This document shows positions 1-12,417 of a DNA stretch of 64,000 bases, one piece after another. Position 1 is the first letter of the stretch. Every line of letters starts with the position of its first letter. The stretch comes from Octopus vulgaris (taxonomy: Eukaryota). The notes under the pieces are model-generated. The model had not been told where the DNA came from. It made no database searches and saw only the letters and a program-made list of their open reading frames with translations. The stretch is from NCBI GenBank assembly GCA_951406725.2, contig OX597815.1, positions 29,946,001-30,010,000 on the forward strand, given 5' to 3'. The translations under genes were made by a program, and so were the position numbers.

Positions 1-138
1 GAAGGGAGAAGGGTGGTAGGAGTGAAGAGAATAGTGAAAGAGAGTAGAAGTGAAGAGAAGAAGTAGGAGTCGGAGCAAGAGAGGGGAGGTGGGTGGGAAG
101 AAGTAGGTGTGAGAGGGAGAGAGGTGAGAGGAGGATGG

Positions 139-560
139 TTAGAGGAAGAGGGGAGGGGAGTTGAGCTCACGTGGCGCAAAGGAGCGAAGAGAGAAAATTA
201 ATCTTTGTTCACGGCGAAAACGGGAGTCCGGATGGCCCCTGTGCAAGGATAATTCGAACCCAGATAGGTGTTGCAATGAGAGACCGGTAGAGCGGAAATG
301 GTGCGAGACCGGGGTGTCATTGCTGAGTTGGATATCTCGGAGTTGTTCCGCGAAACGGTCAGCCAAACGGCGTCCCGTTTGCCCGATGTATAGAGAAAGG
401 CGGAGAGAGCAGGAGATGCAGTAGTTGACATTGGTAGAAGTGCAGGTGAAGGAGTCGGTAATATGATAGGGTCGATTATGGGTGCCAGTGAGGAGGGTGG
501 TGTTGGAGAGGTAAGGGCAAGTGCAGCAACGTGGGTGGGAGCAGGAGAACGAACCCGCAG
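139..560 (-). mobile_element. Penelope-like element remnant: C-terminal GIY-YIG endonuclease region
   Basis: Minus-strand translation reads SFTCTSTNVNYCISCSLRLSLYIGQTGRRLADRFAEQLRDI...PVSHHF...RREQRLIFSL...ELN, the typical PLE GIY-YIG layout. It is followed by a pyrimidine-rich tract running off the window edge. Confidence 0.85.
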
Positions 561-2844
561 TCGGAATCTCACATCTAATTATTTGAATTTCATTTCCCGA
601 CGATCATCAGCCTGGATCCAAGAAACTAAAAATGAATGAAGGCCATAGGCTGGAAGTTTTTCCGGAAGACCCGCCTCTTCGAAAAAATTGGTGACATCGA
701 CGGCAATGACAATGTTTCCAAGAAAATTAATTTTCAAAGACAGTATCCCATTAGCTTGTTTCACAGAAGTGTAGGTTCCCAGTAGATCTGACACTGAGTT
801 TCACTAGAGGTTGTTAAACAGAGAAAGAGAAAGAAAGGAGGGAGAGAGGGGAGAGAGAGGAGAGAGAGAGAGAATGGTGCAGAAACGTAGTTGATCGGAT
901 AAAAGAAATGTTTCATCTAGAACACACTGTAGCGTACTTCATGGTATGTGCTCAGGACGAGAGAGGCGGAGAGGAAGAGAGATAGAGAGAGATAGAGATG
1001 GAGAGAGAGAGAGAAAGAGAATCAGAATGAGAGACAGATTAAAGATCTTGGTGACGATAGCGCCTAGCACCGTTGAGTATTGCATGAGAATAACAGAAGG
1101 AAGATTCAACACGGAACTGGATGCAAAACTGACACTAAACATGAATGTTTTTTTGGCGGGAGTACTACGTATATAATCATCATGATTAAGAAGTGAAGAG
1201 AAGAAGAATTTCGTCTAGATGGCAGGGAATCAAAAGGATCGGCTTAATTTGGGAGGCAAGAGGGTTTGCGGGTTGAATGACACACAGCAGCATCGTTCAT
1301 GAGTCGAATGATCAACCTACAGCAGCTGCAATTTTGGGTTCAAGCCGCCCAGTTTGTAGAAATCGGCAGTTTTCTTCAAGCGTTGTAGACCGTCTTGTGG
1401 CATCCAACATTGAATGCATTTTCATAAATATTTGAGTAAGGAAACAGGTATTTTGATAGTTGTGTGAGGTATGTTTCCAGTGTAGGTGGGGCCCTTTGAG
1501 ATAATTTCTAAACCAACAGTATGGTCACCACTGGATTTAGTCGTGATGGTATAAGAGGAGAGCAGAAAACGCTTCATTATAGAAATGACAGTCATGTGAA
1601 AGAAATACTAAAACTAAGGGCAATGAAGCTAAAAGTAAAACAGTCACCGACGATAATGTATTGCATGAATGTAATAGAAGGAAGATTCCACACGGAATTG
1701 GATGCAAAACTGACAATAAACATGAAGGCTTTTTTGGCGTGCTGAAAATAGCAACTAAATCTCTTTCAGTTCATATGTTATATTCTTAAACGTTTGCAGA
1801 CACAATGAATAAAGGCATGTTAAAACGAGAATGTTCTTGATTGTTGTAATTATCCCCCCTTTCACTGGGAGTCACTCGCAATTGCTGCCAGAGGTTTGCT
1901 TCCATTACACACACAAACACACACATACACAAACATCTTTGTGTGTATGTATGTGTGTGTGTGTAGGCCAACTACTGTGCCAGTGGAATCTATTAGTGCT
2001 GAAACAAGTGATCACAGCCGACCTCTTGTCGCCAGAGAAAAAAAAACAAGAACAAAAACAAACTGTTTTCGCCTTTATTGCATGTCAATTCCAGGGAATA
2101 CTGGATTTTTTTAGATTACCTCCCCTTATCACTCGGAGTTAGTCGCACTTGACAAGAGACGTTTGTTTACTCTCGAAGCTAGGATCATTTCATTGAATCT
2201 AGAATTTGTTGTTTATTGTATTTGATATATATATTTTTTGCATCTATTGTCCAAATTCAAGCCACAGGTCACTACAATTGAGTTATTTCACGTAGTGAAG
2301 TTTTAGTTTTATGCATATAGATGTGCACACGTATACATACACATATACACACCTTCGCACAGACACATTTGTTTACATGCTTATGTATTCGTATGCATGC
2401 TTATTCGTACATATTATTATTATTATTATTATCTAACGCTGCCAAAAATCTGTACGTGCAACAATAAATTAGAAATCAGGTGAATACTTATATCTTTCCA
2501 TGTGGCAACGTGATGTTAGAATTTTTTGGCTCAGTAGGACGTCTTTATATTACTTCCTCCTAATATCTCCAATTGACGTATTCAGCGACATGATGTCTTC
2601 AGTTATCAATACTGATGGAGCCTGCTTTCTCCGGTCTGTAGTTCCAGTTGGTTACGCTTCAATGCATACAGAGAATAAGATGTAATGTATATATATATAT
2701 CTACCTAGATAAACTGTGAGTAAAGAAGCAAAGCGTTAAAGGGATGATCGCAAGGGGAGTGGAAAATATATATGGAGTCAGATAATTTGGCATGTAGATG
2801 GGATGCAATGGAGTGATGTTAGCTTTTCATGTTTCAGATGTTTC

Positions 2845-2960
<116 letters not shown>

Positions 2961-3106
2961 ATTTAGTTGTTTTTATATCTAACTAACATTCAGAATTTCT
3001 ATTTATTGATCTTTGTATCACTTCCAGTGTTATGCGTGTGTCGGTATGATTATATATGTATATGTATGTATGCATATTTATATATATATATGTATATATA
3101 TATATG

Positions 3107-3138
<32 letters not shown>

Positions 3139-3619
3139 ATTGTTTGTGTGAATATGTGTATGTGTGAGCGTGTGTGTTGTATGTGTCTATATGTATGTGT
3201 GTTTGTGTGAATATGTGAATATATATTTATTTGTATTTGTTTTGTGTATTTCTCTGTGTGTGTGTGTGTATGTGTGTTTCTGCATGAGTGTTTGGAAATT
3301 CAATTTATAGCAAAATTGTAAAAAAAAAAAAAAAACTCAAAAAACTCAAAAAAACCCGGGAAATCTTCATATAGATGAATTTCGCCTCTGGAACTGTCTG
3401 GAGATCGTTACTGTGCAGAACGGCATTGTTTTATTTATATTTAAATTGCATTCAACTTCCAAACAACTCACACGTTCATACACGCTTACAACAACACATA
3501 AACACATACACCCTCACACTCATACGTACACACATTTTCTCTCACATTTCCACAAATACATATAGAATAATATATGAACATATAAATATACATTATGATA
3601 TTGTTAAAGTTGAATACGT

Positions 3620-4430
3620 TTCTCTTACTTCAGACTATTTTACAGGAAAGTGTTCGTCTGATGGTATACCAAAAAATTAATGTTTTCTCTGCTACCCGAA
3701 TTATCTCCGGTGTTAGGTGCTGGAAAATGGCATGTTGTAAACTTCCGGTAAGTACTATTGTAAGCTTCTGCTAGATCAATCAGGATATATTTCGCTGGTA
3801 TAATCCCCAAGGTAAAACTTGTTTTCCTGTCAACATTTTGCTAGTGTATCCTTTTGTTTAATGCATATAATAGTTTTGTTATATATTCCTCTACAGTGCC
3901 GAATTAGAATGGATTTGTTCCATATATGTTCAGCTTGCTATGTTTGATGAGTTCGAAATGATGTTTTTAAGTGCCAGGCATATACATAGATAAGGATGTG
4001 CCATTCCTCTGATTTTCTTTCTTGAAGATGAGTTTATGATTAGGGAAACGGCTTTTAAAGCTGTTTTCCTTCTTAAAATTTTTTTATATGCTACCTATAC
4101 AAGGCTAAACTTAACTTCGTAAACAGTTTAAGCATTTTCATTATAAGACGCATCTCCTTCATTTTACACTTACCCTCAGCTTTGATGTATGGTACTTATG
4201 GATGGTTGCATAGTGTTTTTGAAGTATGACAAAGTAATTTCTTCCTGTGTTAGATTTTATCCTATTGGAATGATGGGCAACACTAGCATTTTCTATATTT
4301 TATTCTTTGATGACACTGCTTGAGTAAGAATCTGGTTTAGTTGTTAACTTGGTTCGTATTATTGCAAAAGCTGTCAGCTTTATTGAGTGACGGTTTATTT
4401 GAGGACTGTTTCTTCTTTAGGTGATACTTA
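3620..4430 (-). mobile_element. Highly decayed Penelope-like RT thumb/GIY-YIG remnant
   Basis: Fragmentary minus-strand coding-like sequence resembling PLE C-terminal regions; many stops and frameshifts. Confidence 0.3.
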
Positions 4431-4482
4431 TAGACGTTATAGATACACACACAACAAATATATATATATATATATATACACG

Positions 4483-5560
4483 CGAGGGGGGACCCAAAAG
4501 AAAGCGGAATTTTGCAATATTCTATTCACTTAGTTTTATATGTTTACTCTTTTATCGCCTTCAAAGAATTCTCTATTGAAGAAATGCATCGGGCCAGACA
4601 CATTTTCCGCTGTTCGAAGCAGTCCTGGAACTCTTACGAAGTGATGTCTTTTAACGCCTCCGTCGTTTTTTCTTCACCTATTCCACATCTACAAAACGTT
4701 CTCCTTTAAGGACTTTCTTCAATCGAGGGAACAAAAAAAGTCGTTGGGAGCAAGGTCGGGTGAATAGGGAGAGTGGGTAAGCGGGGTCATGCTATTTTTG
4801 GTCAAAAAATGTCTCACGCTCAAGGCATATGTGCAGGCGCATTGTCATGATAAATCCACCACTTTCCACTTTGCCACCGGTCAGGGCATTTTCGTCTTAC
4901 CGAGTCTCGTAAAACTTTCAGAACTGCCAAGTAAAATGTTTGGTTAACAGTTTGACCAGGAGGAACAAATTCTGTGTGGACAATTCGTTTCACGTCGATG
5001 AAAAAAATTAGCATCGTCTTGACATTGGACTTCACAAGACGCACTTTTTGGAGGCGTGGTGATATTGAATGCTTCTATTGGTAGCCATAGCACCAGCTTT
5101 TGTCACCTGTGATGACCTTCGAAAAAGGTTTGGATCGACTTCCAACTGCTCTTTCAGTTCACGAAACGCATTCAGTCGTGACTGCTTTTGATCTTTCCTG
5201 AGCAATCGTGGCACAACTTTTTCTGCAACTCTTTTCATTCGCAATACCTCGCCCAAAATTCGTTGGCAGGATCTCCATGATACATCAGTCATATCAGCAA
5301 ATTCATCAATCGTTCAGCGACGGTCCTGCAAGATCAGTTCATGAATTTTCGTGATGTTTTCATTCACTCGGGAAGTCGACGGCCGCTCTGAACGAGGTTA
5401 GTCTTCAGACGAAAAATGCCCATTCCTAAAGCGTGAAAACATCTCGTAAACGTGTTTTGCTCATGGAGGAATTCTTGTAAGCTGTTTGAAGTTTCGGCCG
5501 CCGTTTTCCCTAGCAGAAAACAGAATTTTATGGAAGCAACCAAACTGCTCTCAAATTCAT
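4483..5560 (-). mobile_element. mariner (DD34D) transposon, decayed transposase with one TIR
   Basis: ORF fragments KTMLIFFIDVKRIVHTEFVPPGQTVNQTFY...HDNAPAH and VSWRSCQRILGEVLRMKRVAEKVVPRLL. TIR-like CGAGGGGGGACCCAAAAGAAAGCGGAAT at 4483-4510 next to a TA array. Confidence 0.9.
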
Positions 5561-6284
5561 GTTCAATTATTTTGAAAAAGATATATTGGATAATATAGTA
5601 TTAGTTACTCTTAAAAAGGCGAGGTAGTTGCGGTTGGGATGTAACCAGGGCTGATCTGGCGCTAAACAACCACAGAAACAAGCAACCATGGTAACTATTA
5701 CAATCACAAAAATTTCTTATATATATTTTTAAAAAATGAAACAGACTTATGATATTGTTAACTTTTAAGTACCTAAATTACACTAATGACATGCTTTTTA
5801 TGTGCATTTATCTATATATATGTATTAAAAGTCTGTCTCGTTGTATAGGTCCACCAAGCTAAAATTTGTCCCGGTTATCGTTGCGTTTAAGTAGATCCAC
5901 CCTGACCGGTGCGTCAGTCTATCGCACTAGACCCCACCCTGACCGGTGCGTCAATCTATTGCAAGGTTAACCCTCTAGCTGTCTCTTTTACTCATTTTCA
6001 GCTAAATGTACTGAATTAACGTGAAATGACGCCTCATAGACACAATGCACTGTCTTCTCTGGCAGTCGAACACACCACCAGACGAGCTTGAACCTGACCC
6101 CCAAGCGTCTTCATTTTAATAAGTTTAACTTATATACGTGCGTTGAGCTAAATTTTTAACCCCCACCTTCTATATCTGCAGTTAAGGGAATGCTGGAACA
6201 GTGTTTATTTACCTGTAATTTAATCAGTAAATCCAGTCATCGATGATGTGACGGGGATAAAATTAGTTTTATATTTTGGTATAA

Positions 6285-6484
6285 AACCAGTAACTTTTAG
6301 GGGAAGGGCAAGTTGATTACCTATCGACTCCAGTGCTCAACCGGTACTACTATTTGTCGTTTCCGAAAGGATGAAAGGTAAAGTCGAACTCAGCGGAATT
6401 CGAACTCAGAACGTACAGAACCAGAAGTAATGTTGCTAAGCGTTTTGTCCGACGTGTTAACGGTTTTGCCAGCTCGTCGTCTTA
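6285..6484 (-). mobile_element. tRNA-derived SINE with Nin-like central domain
   Basis: Reverse-complement match to copies at 38134 and 52655 (GAGCTGGCA...GAGTTCRAATTCCGC...CTTTCATCCTTTCGG). Confidence 0.85.
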
Positions 6485-7392
6485 GCGACAAGGATGATAA
6501 TGAAACTACTAATAGTTCATTTACGTGAGTTGATGTTAGTAATTATACCATGATTCAGTACGAGATCATGATATAATTACTAACTCCTTACTGTTATCTA
6601 ACGAAACACTTGTTAGTATTTTAATGTTACTCCTGCTTAGCGTTTAATCATTATACTTTATGATAGTTAATGAGAAGTGGGTTGTCCAATTAAAAAGTTT
6701 TGGCTCTGAATAGAAGCAAATGTCAGAATCACAGGATATGAAATATCTCAATCGCATGATTGATTGTCCGGTAGCTTTATGAACTTGAGCAGTTATTTAA
6801 CGCGGCAACCCAAGCGTTGAGATGGGTAAGCCTTCCATTAAAAACATATTCTGAAAAGCTCAAATTCGAGATTTTTAGGTTGCAATGATCAGCATTTCAA
6901 TTTTAAAATTCGTTATTCTTACGGTTGTAATGGTCAGCACAAAAACTTATGGGAGCTGCTATAACATTACCGATACAAATTCTATATGTGATGCCTTTCA
7001 AGGCCAACTGGAGCCTTCCAAAGCATCTCCACATCGAAACCAAAGTAGGGTGAGCTTCGAATAAACATCAACCAATTGCACGTTAATTCCTTTGCGCTAT
7101 TTCCCTGCAGTAAATCCTGTTCTGCGTTCACCTCATCCAAGTAGACCTGTCTACTCAAGTGTGTTCTCAATTTGTCTTCTCTGTGTATTATATTGATTCG
7201 GATCAAAAGAAATTGATTCGAAAGCAGGCAAGATAGTTATAGGTAGAAAAATGTCATACGTCGGTCTTTCATGAAAGGAAATGAATCGGAAATGTTTACT
7301 ATGGAATAATGTTTTCTACGGAGCAACACATCAATAAGTCTTGAAGTATTAAAAGTATTAACAGAAACAGCGGATTCCAGGAAGTGTTTCTG

Positions 7393-7443
<51 letters not shown>

Positions 7444-7740
7444 CACATACACATGCATACGAGCAGACAATACACTAATTAAACGGTTTAAACATACTCA
7501 TGTAAATGTGTAGATATATAGAAACATATAATAGATATATATATATATATATATATGGATATTTGTGTTCGCCTCTGTGCTCATGTGCAATATGTACATG
7601 TATACACACAAACACACACACACATACAGAACATACACAGATTTATGTATACACAGACAAACATATATATATACATATATATATATTTATATATGTGTAT
7701 ATATACACACACACATATACATATATATGTATATATATAC

Positions 7741-7779
<39 letters not shown>

Positions 7780-8029
7780 CTCAAACATACACAGTTGTCT
7801 GCCAGAAGCAATTCTCTTGTTATCTCTTTCCTTCCCCCTTTCTCACCCTCTTACAATTTCTATATAATTCCTTTAATGAAGTGAGTGATGTACGGAATAG
7901 AGAGTTGATGGTAACTTGCGTCTGGCATGTTTCGGATTTTATCCTACGATTGTGTCAACGTAAGTTTTCGATTTTTGTTTAACTATTAATTTTTACTATT
8001 TCTCTAAACATGGCATATATCGATGTCTA

Positions 8030-10130
8030 TTTAAAATAAAAAAAAAACTGAAAATTGAGTTCATTGAATCTATTACTACAATCAACTTTAAAGTGTACTG
8101 CAATATATTGTCTAGCAGAGAAATGAAATCAGGTCCTTTACAAGAAGATCCTGTTACATACAAGCTCGTAGAAAGATTTTAGAATCATTCTATAATAAAT
8201 GCATTATTTCAGAACCAAATTATAAAGAACAGAGCTGTATTAACATCAGTTTATCCTACATCATAACTAATTTCTAAGAGACCCATGCAATATTTAAACA
8301 GAGAAAATCCAACTAATATTAAAATTGCAATAATGGTACCTACCAGTATTCAAATTGCAATATCTATATTGCTTTATCAAAGAATTTATCGCAATCGTTA
8401 TGCGTCAGGTTCCACTTGAAGTAAAATGAAGAAATGTCGGTTAGCTGTACTACAGTCAGGCGTCACATTGACGAAATGGCGGTTAATTTCGAAAATAAAC
8501 TTATTGATATTGTAGAAGACTCATAATTTTCCACTGCGCTGGGCAAATCTATTATTGTAGGTAATAATTTATCGATGGAATATAAATGTATTTTGATGAA
8601 AACAGTACACTGCGCAAGAAAATATTATTTACTTTAAATCTTGTTACTGTTATAGAAGACTTAATGTTTACCGCTATGAAATCGTACTTTGTGTAAGAAA
8701 TATAGCCTTAAACAAAAGTGTGTTACTCACTTTTAATGATAGCTCAATATAGCGGTTTTGTTGCCCATTTGACGAGCAAGTGACAAACGCTTTTTGCGTT
8801 CATTATGCGGTAGATAGACAATATTGTTTAGGAAAACGTACGAAGAGAACTATTCATCATGAAGCATGATGCATCAGGCTGTAAAAAGAGCAAATCAAAT
8901 GTCTAAAAGACAAAATGCTTTGAATGCCAAGCCGGGAAAGAAAAGGAAGAATTTAGAATGATATTGTTACTTATAAAAGTTCATTGACTCTCAAACGGCA
9001 TATGCTTGATACGTTACAGTCTCTTGAAATGAAAATGACATCGATCTGTACCAAAAGTTAAGAAACAAAAAAAAAAAGAAAAAGCAAAACAAAGCCTCAT
9101 ACATTTTATGTGACAGGCATTTTAATGAAATTTTATAAAATTAATTTACATCTTCAAAGACCGTATATATAATATATCAAATGAAAAATGATGTTTTCTT
9201 AAACACATCATGTACTCGGGAGAAGAATTAATGCAAGGGAAATAATCAGTTGTTCAAAATATTTGGCGGGATTAGAATTTTGAAATTAAAATCAAGGAAT
9301 TAAAAGGAAAAGGATGTTCAGAGCACGCATTTAAATTTTTTGTCGCTTGCTTATTATGAGGTTCTTAAGATTCCTAAAAGAAATTGATATTTTTCATCAA
9401 AATCGTTTAAAAGAGAACGTCAAAGGAATTGTTATCAATTAAAAAGGTTCTGACTGCAGAGAAGATTGAAACGTTCAGTAATTATCTCTGTTAACTTAAA
9501 ACGTATGGTGAAAAACGATTTAGTAATACAATTTTGAACTTGAAGATGTATAACTGGATGGTTAAAATATTCTACTGTACATGCCGATGATGCTGGTATA
9601 ACGTGAAGGACAGAAGAAGCAAAATGCGACGAAGGAAGCGGATTTCAGAAATTCAGTAGTGATAGCTACAAAAAATCTGACAAACTAATGCACACCTTAT
9701 ATTCAAATATATGCAAAACGATATTTAGTTCAATACTGCCGCTCCCCACCTCACATCTAGCAACTCTTTTTCATTCGCAATACCTCACCCAAAATTCGTT
9801 GGCGGGAGCTCCACGACACATCAATCATATCAAAAAATTCATCAATTGTTCAGCGACAGTCCTGCAAGATCAGTTCATAAAATTTTCGTGATGTTTTCAT
9901 TCACTCGGGAGGTCGACGGTCGCCCTGAACGAGGTTGGTCTTCAGACGAAAGATGACCATTCCTAAAGCGTGAAAACCTCTCGTAAATTTGTGTTGTAAC
10001 TCTTATTGTTACCAAACAAAGAAATTATCTGAAAAGCGGTGAAAGAAAGGACATTCGTTAATTTTTACCATGAATTGAATCAATCATTTAAAAGTTAACC
10101 GCTCAGTATTAAGCTCAAGGTGTTTTTAAT
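8030..10130 (+). mobile_element. Decayed hAT (Buster/SPIN, ZBED8/SCAND3-like) transposase
   Basis: Fragments translate as SCTTVRRHIDEMAVNFENKLIDIV (~8443-8515), FCVHYAVDRQY (CxxH region, ~8792) and VTLIVTKQRNYLKSGERKDIR (~9996), collinear with Buster-type transposases. Many stops. Confidence 0.7.
9760..9990 (-). mobile_element. mariner fragment nested in the hAT remnant
   Basis: Close copy of 5225-5455. Confidence 0.85.
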
Positions 10131-11627
10131 AAATTTCATTGTTTCAGAGGGCATGTAACTTTCAGTTACAGTTTTGGGGCGCACTAGAATGGCAACTTTA
10201 ATATTGGATTTGTTTTATTATTGCAATTTAAATATGCATGGGAAGTAATCATTACATCATAAATATTGGAGGGTAGTATTTTTGTGTAAGAATTTATTGC
10301 TTTTTTTTAATAATCAGAGCATAAAATGCATCAGGTACTTTGAGACGGAAAGTGGGAGGAAGGGAATTATAAAACCGAATAATTTTGACAAGGATTTTTA
10401 CACTTCATTACAAAAACTCTACCGACTCGGTTAAAGTGGGTGACGGTTTAAGTATGCCTTAACAAAAACTCTAAACTCTCTTCCTTATAGTTTCTATCAA
10501 CCAAGATTCAACCTCGAAGTTTTTGTCGAATCGAGGTCATAGAAAGATATTTGCCAGAGGCGTCGTATCCTCGGATCCATCCCGAAACTATGTATTTCAT
10601 ATAATAATTGATCCAAATAATGTTGAACAAACACGTGACAATTGCACTTCTGGCAAATATTATTAGGCGCGTTTGCTGTTAGTATGGTGTTACTACCAGA
10701 GGGATTTAGCACAAATGAATTCGAAATATTTCTATACATTTTGTTGTAGTTTTTTAAGTTTTGGATTTCTTAAAATTTGAAGGTCTCGACATTATATCGC
10801 GGAATGATTGAATAAAATTGCTCCAATTGATCAAATCAAAAGCCAATTCTTTAACAACAGTTTTCGCATGTGTGCCAAGGTAGCAATATAAACCACGAAA
10901 CGAATAGGCATAACTCGAAGAACAATAGGCGATTAAAAGTAAACAGGAACGTGGATGCTAATATCAAGGGGCGAAAAAGTATGCGTCGATAGTTCTAATA
11001 TTATTAAAGTAGTGCTACTATTCTAATGTTAGGCAAATAGAGTTGACTGAAAATGTGAGTCACTACGATATGGACGCATCAGGTAACTGGATATATATTG
11101 ATAAAAATCTAATTTCGAAATTATATCAAAGAAAGTGCACGACGGCAAGAAAGGGACTGATGTTTTAAATACTGAACACAAATCCTCAAAACTATTGATA
11201 TTGCTTTTCTGAAGATGTCCTTTACAAAATCGATTAAACGTGCCTGCTTTTGGTGTCGCATTAAATGAACCACAAATATTACCAAGCTTAGAGAAAGCAA
11301 AGGTTTGCCTATCTGTAATGTGCTTCTTAATCATGTCAGGAACTGATAAAGAAAAGTTAGAGGTTGTTGTGAAATGTGAAGAGTCTTGATACTTTAGCGG
11401 ATACAATAGCCATTTCTCAATTCTTTAATATATCTAAATGTGTGTAGATAACTTCTGATGCTTAACAAATAACTACTGGATTGCGATGAGTCGGAAAACA
11501 AATTTCGTAGGGAATTATTCCTACTTATATAAAACTTTACATTATTAAAAAGTAAACTTCCATCTGAAAATGTTTACATGCCAACGCATTACATCTCGAG
11601 TAGACAGTTACTATTTAGATTCGGATG

Positions 11628-11671
<44 letters not shown>

Positions 11672-11993
11672 TAGATAGATGGAGAGAGAGAGAGAGAGTG
11701 AGTGAGTGAGAGAGAGAGAGAGAGTGAGAGAGAGAGAGTGAGATGGATAGATATAGCAAGGTATGAGAATGAAAGTATTTAGATTGTAGCAAAACATGAA
11801 AGCATATCAGAAGATTTATATGGTGCTTTTAATTTTATATTGTTGTTTTTAAGCTGACATTGAAATAAGAAATGAGGACACAAGATAAGTTAATTGTTAA
11901 ATTAGAAGATTGTTTTCTGAAAGTCGGCAAAGAATGCAGACTTTTACTTATTGTACATACATACATACATACATACATACATACATACATACA

Positions 11994-12025
<32 letters not shown>

Positions 12026-12052
12026 CACAAATATATATGTAATATATATATA

Positions 12053-12232
12053 GGGAGAATTCACGAAAAAACAAAAGACGAAGACAGGTGGTGTAGAAAA
12101 CAAACAGATGTATTAGTATAACGCTCGGGAATTGAAAAAGTCTTTTACGTTTCGAGCCTACGCTCTTCCACAGAAAGAAACAAGGATAGAAACAAAGGAG
12201 AGAAAAAAACAAGGGGAGAACTAAAGAGGGAA
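12053..12232 (-). mobile_element. Penelope pLTR-like non-coding repeat (family also at 23350-23480 and 55325-55950) with variant hammerhead motif
   Basis: Three copies begin GGGAGA(A/G)TT..AAAAAA...AAACAGAT.TATTAGTATAACGCTC, each next to a TA array. The reverse strand of this copy reads CTGTGGAAGAGCGTAGGCTCGAAACGTA. Confidence 0.7.
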
Positions 12233-12264
12233 ATATATATATATATTTATAAAATTTACATGCG

Positions 12265-12417
12265 TGGAGGCGCAATGGCCTAGTGGTTAGGGCAGCGGAG
12301 TCGCGGTCGCAGGATCGCGGTTTCGATTCCCAGACCGGGCGTTGTGTGTGTTTATTGAGCGAAAACACCTAAAAGCTCCACGAGGCTCCGGCAGGGGGGG
12401 GGTGATCCCTGCTGTAC
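12265..12417 (+). mobile_element. tRNA-derived SINE 5' head (Pol III A and B boxes), truncated at the LINE junction
   Basis: A box TGGCCTAGTGG 12276-12286 and B box GTTTCGATTCC 12320-12330. Collinear with the longer copy at 27488-27860 up to CTGTAC. Confidence 0.9.

Noticed and set aside
580-615. CUGAUGA...GAAA on the minus strand
   Set aside because: No stem I pairing after the putative cleavage site.
12265-12335. Possible tRNA-Arg gene (also 27488 and 29598)
   Set aside because: No closed acceptor stem; continues into a SINE body, so it is a SINE head.
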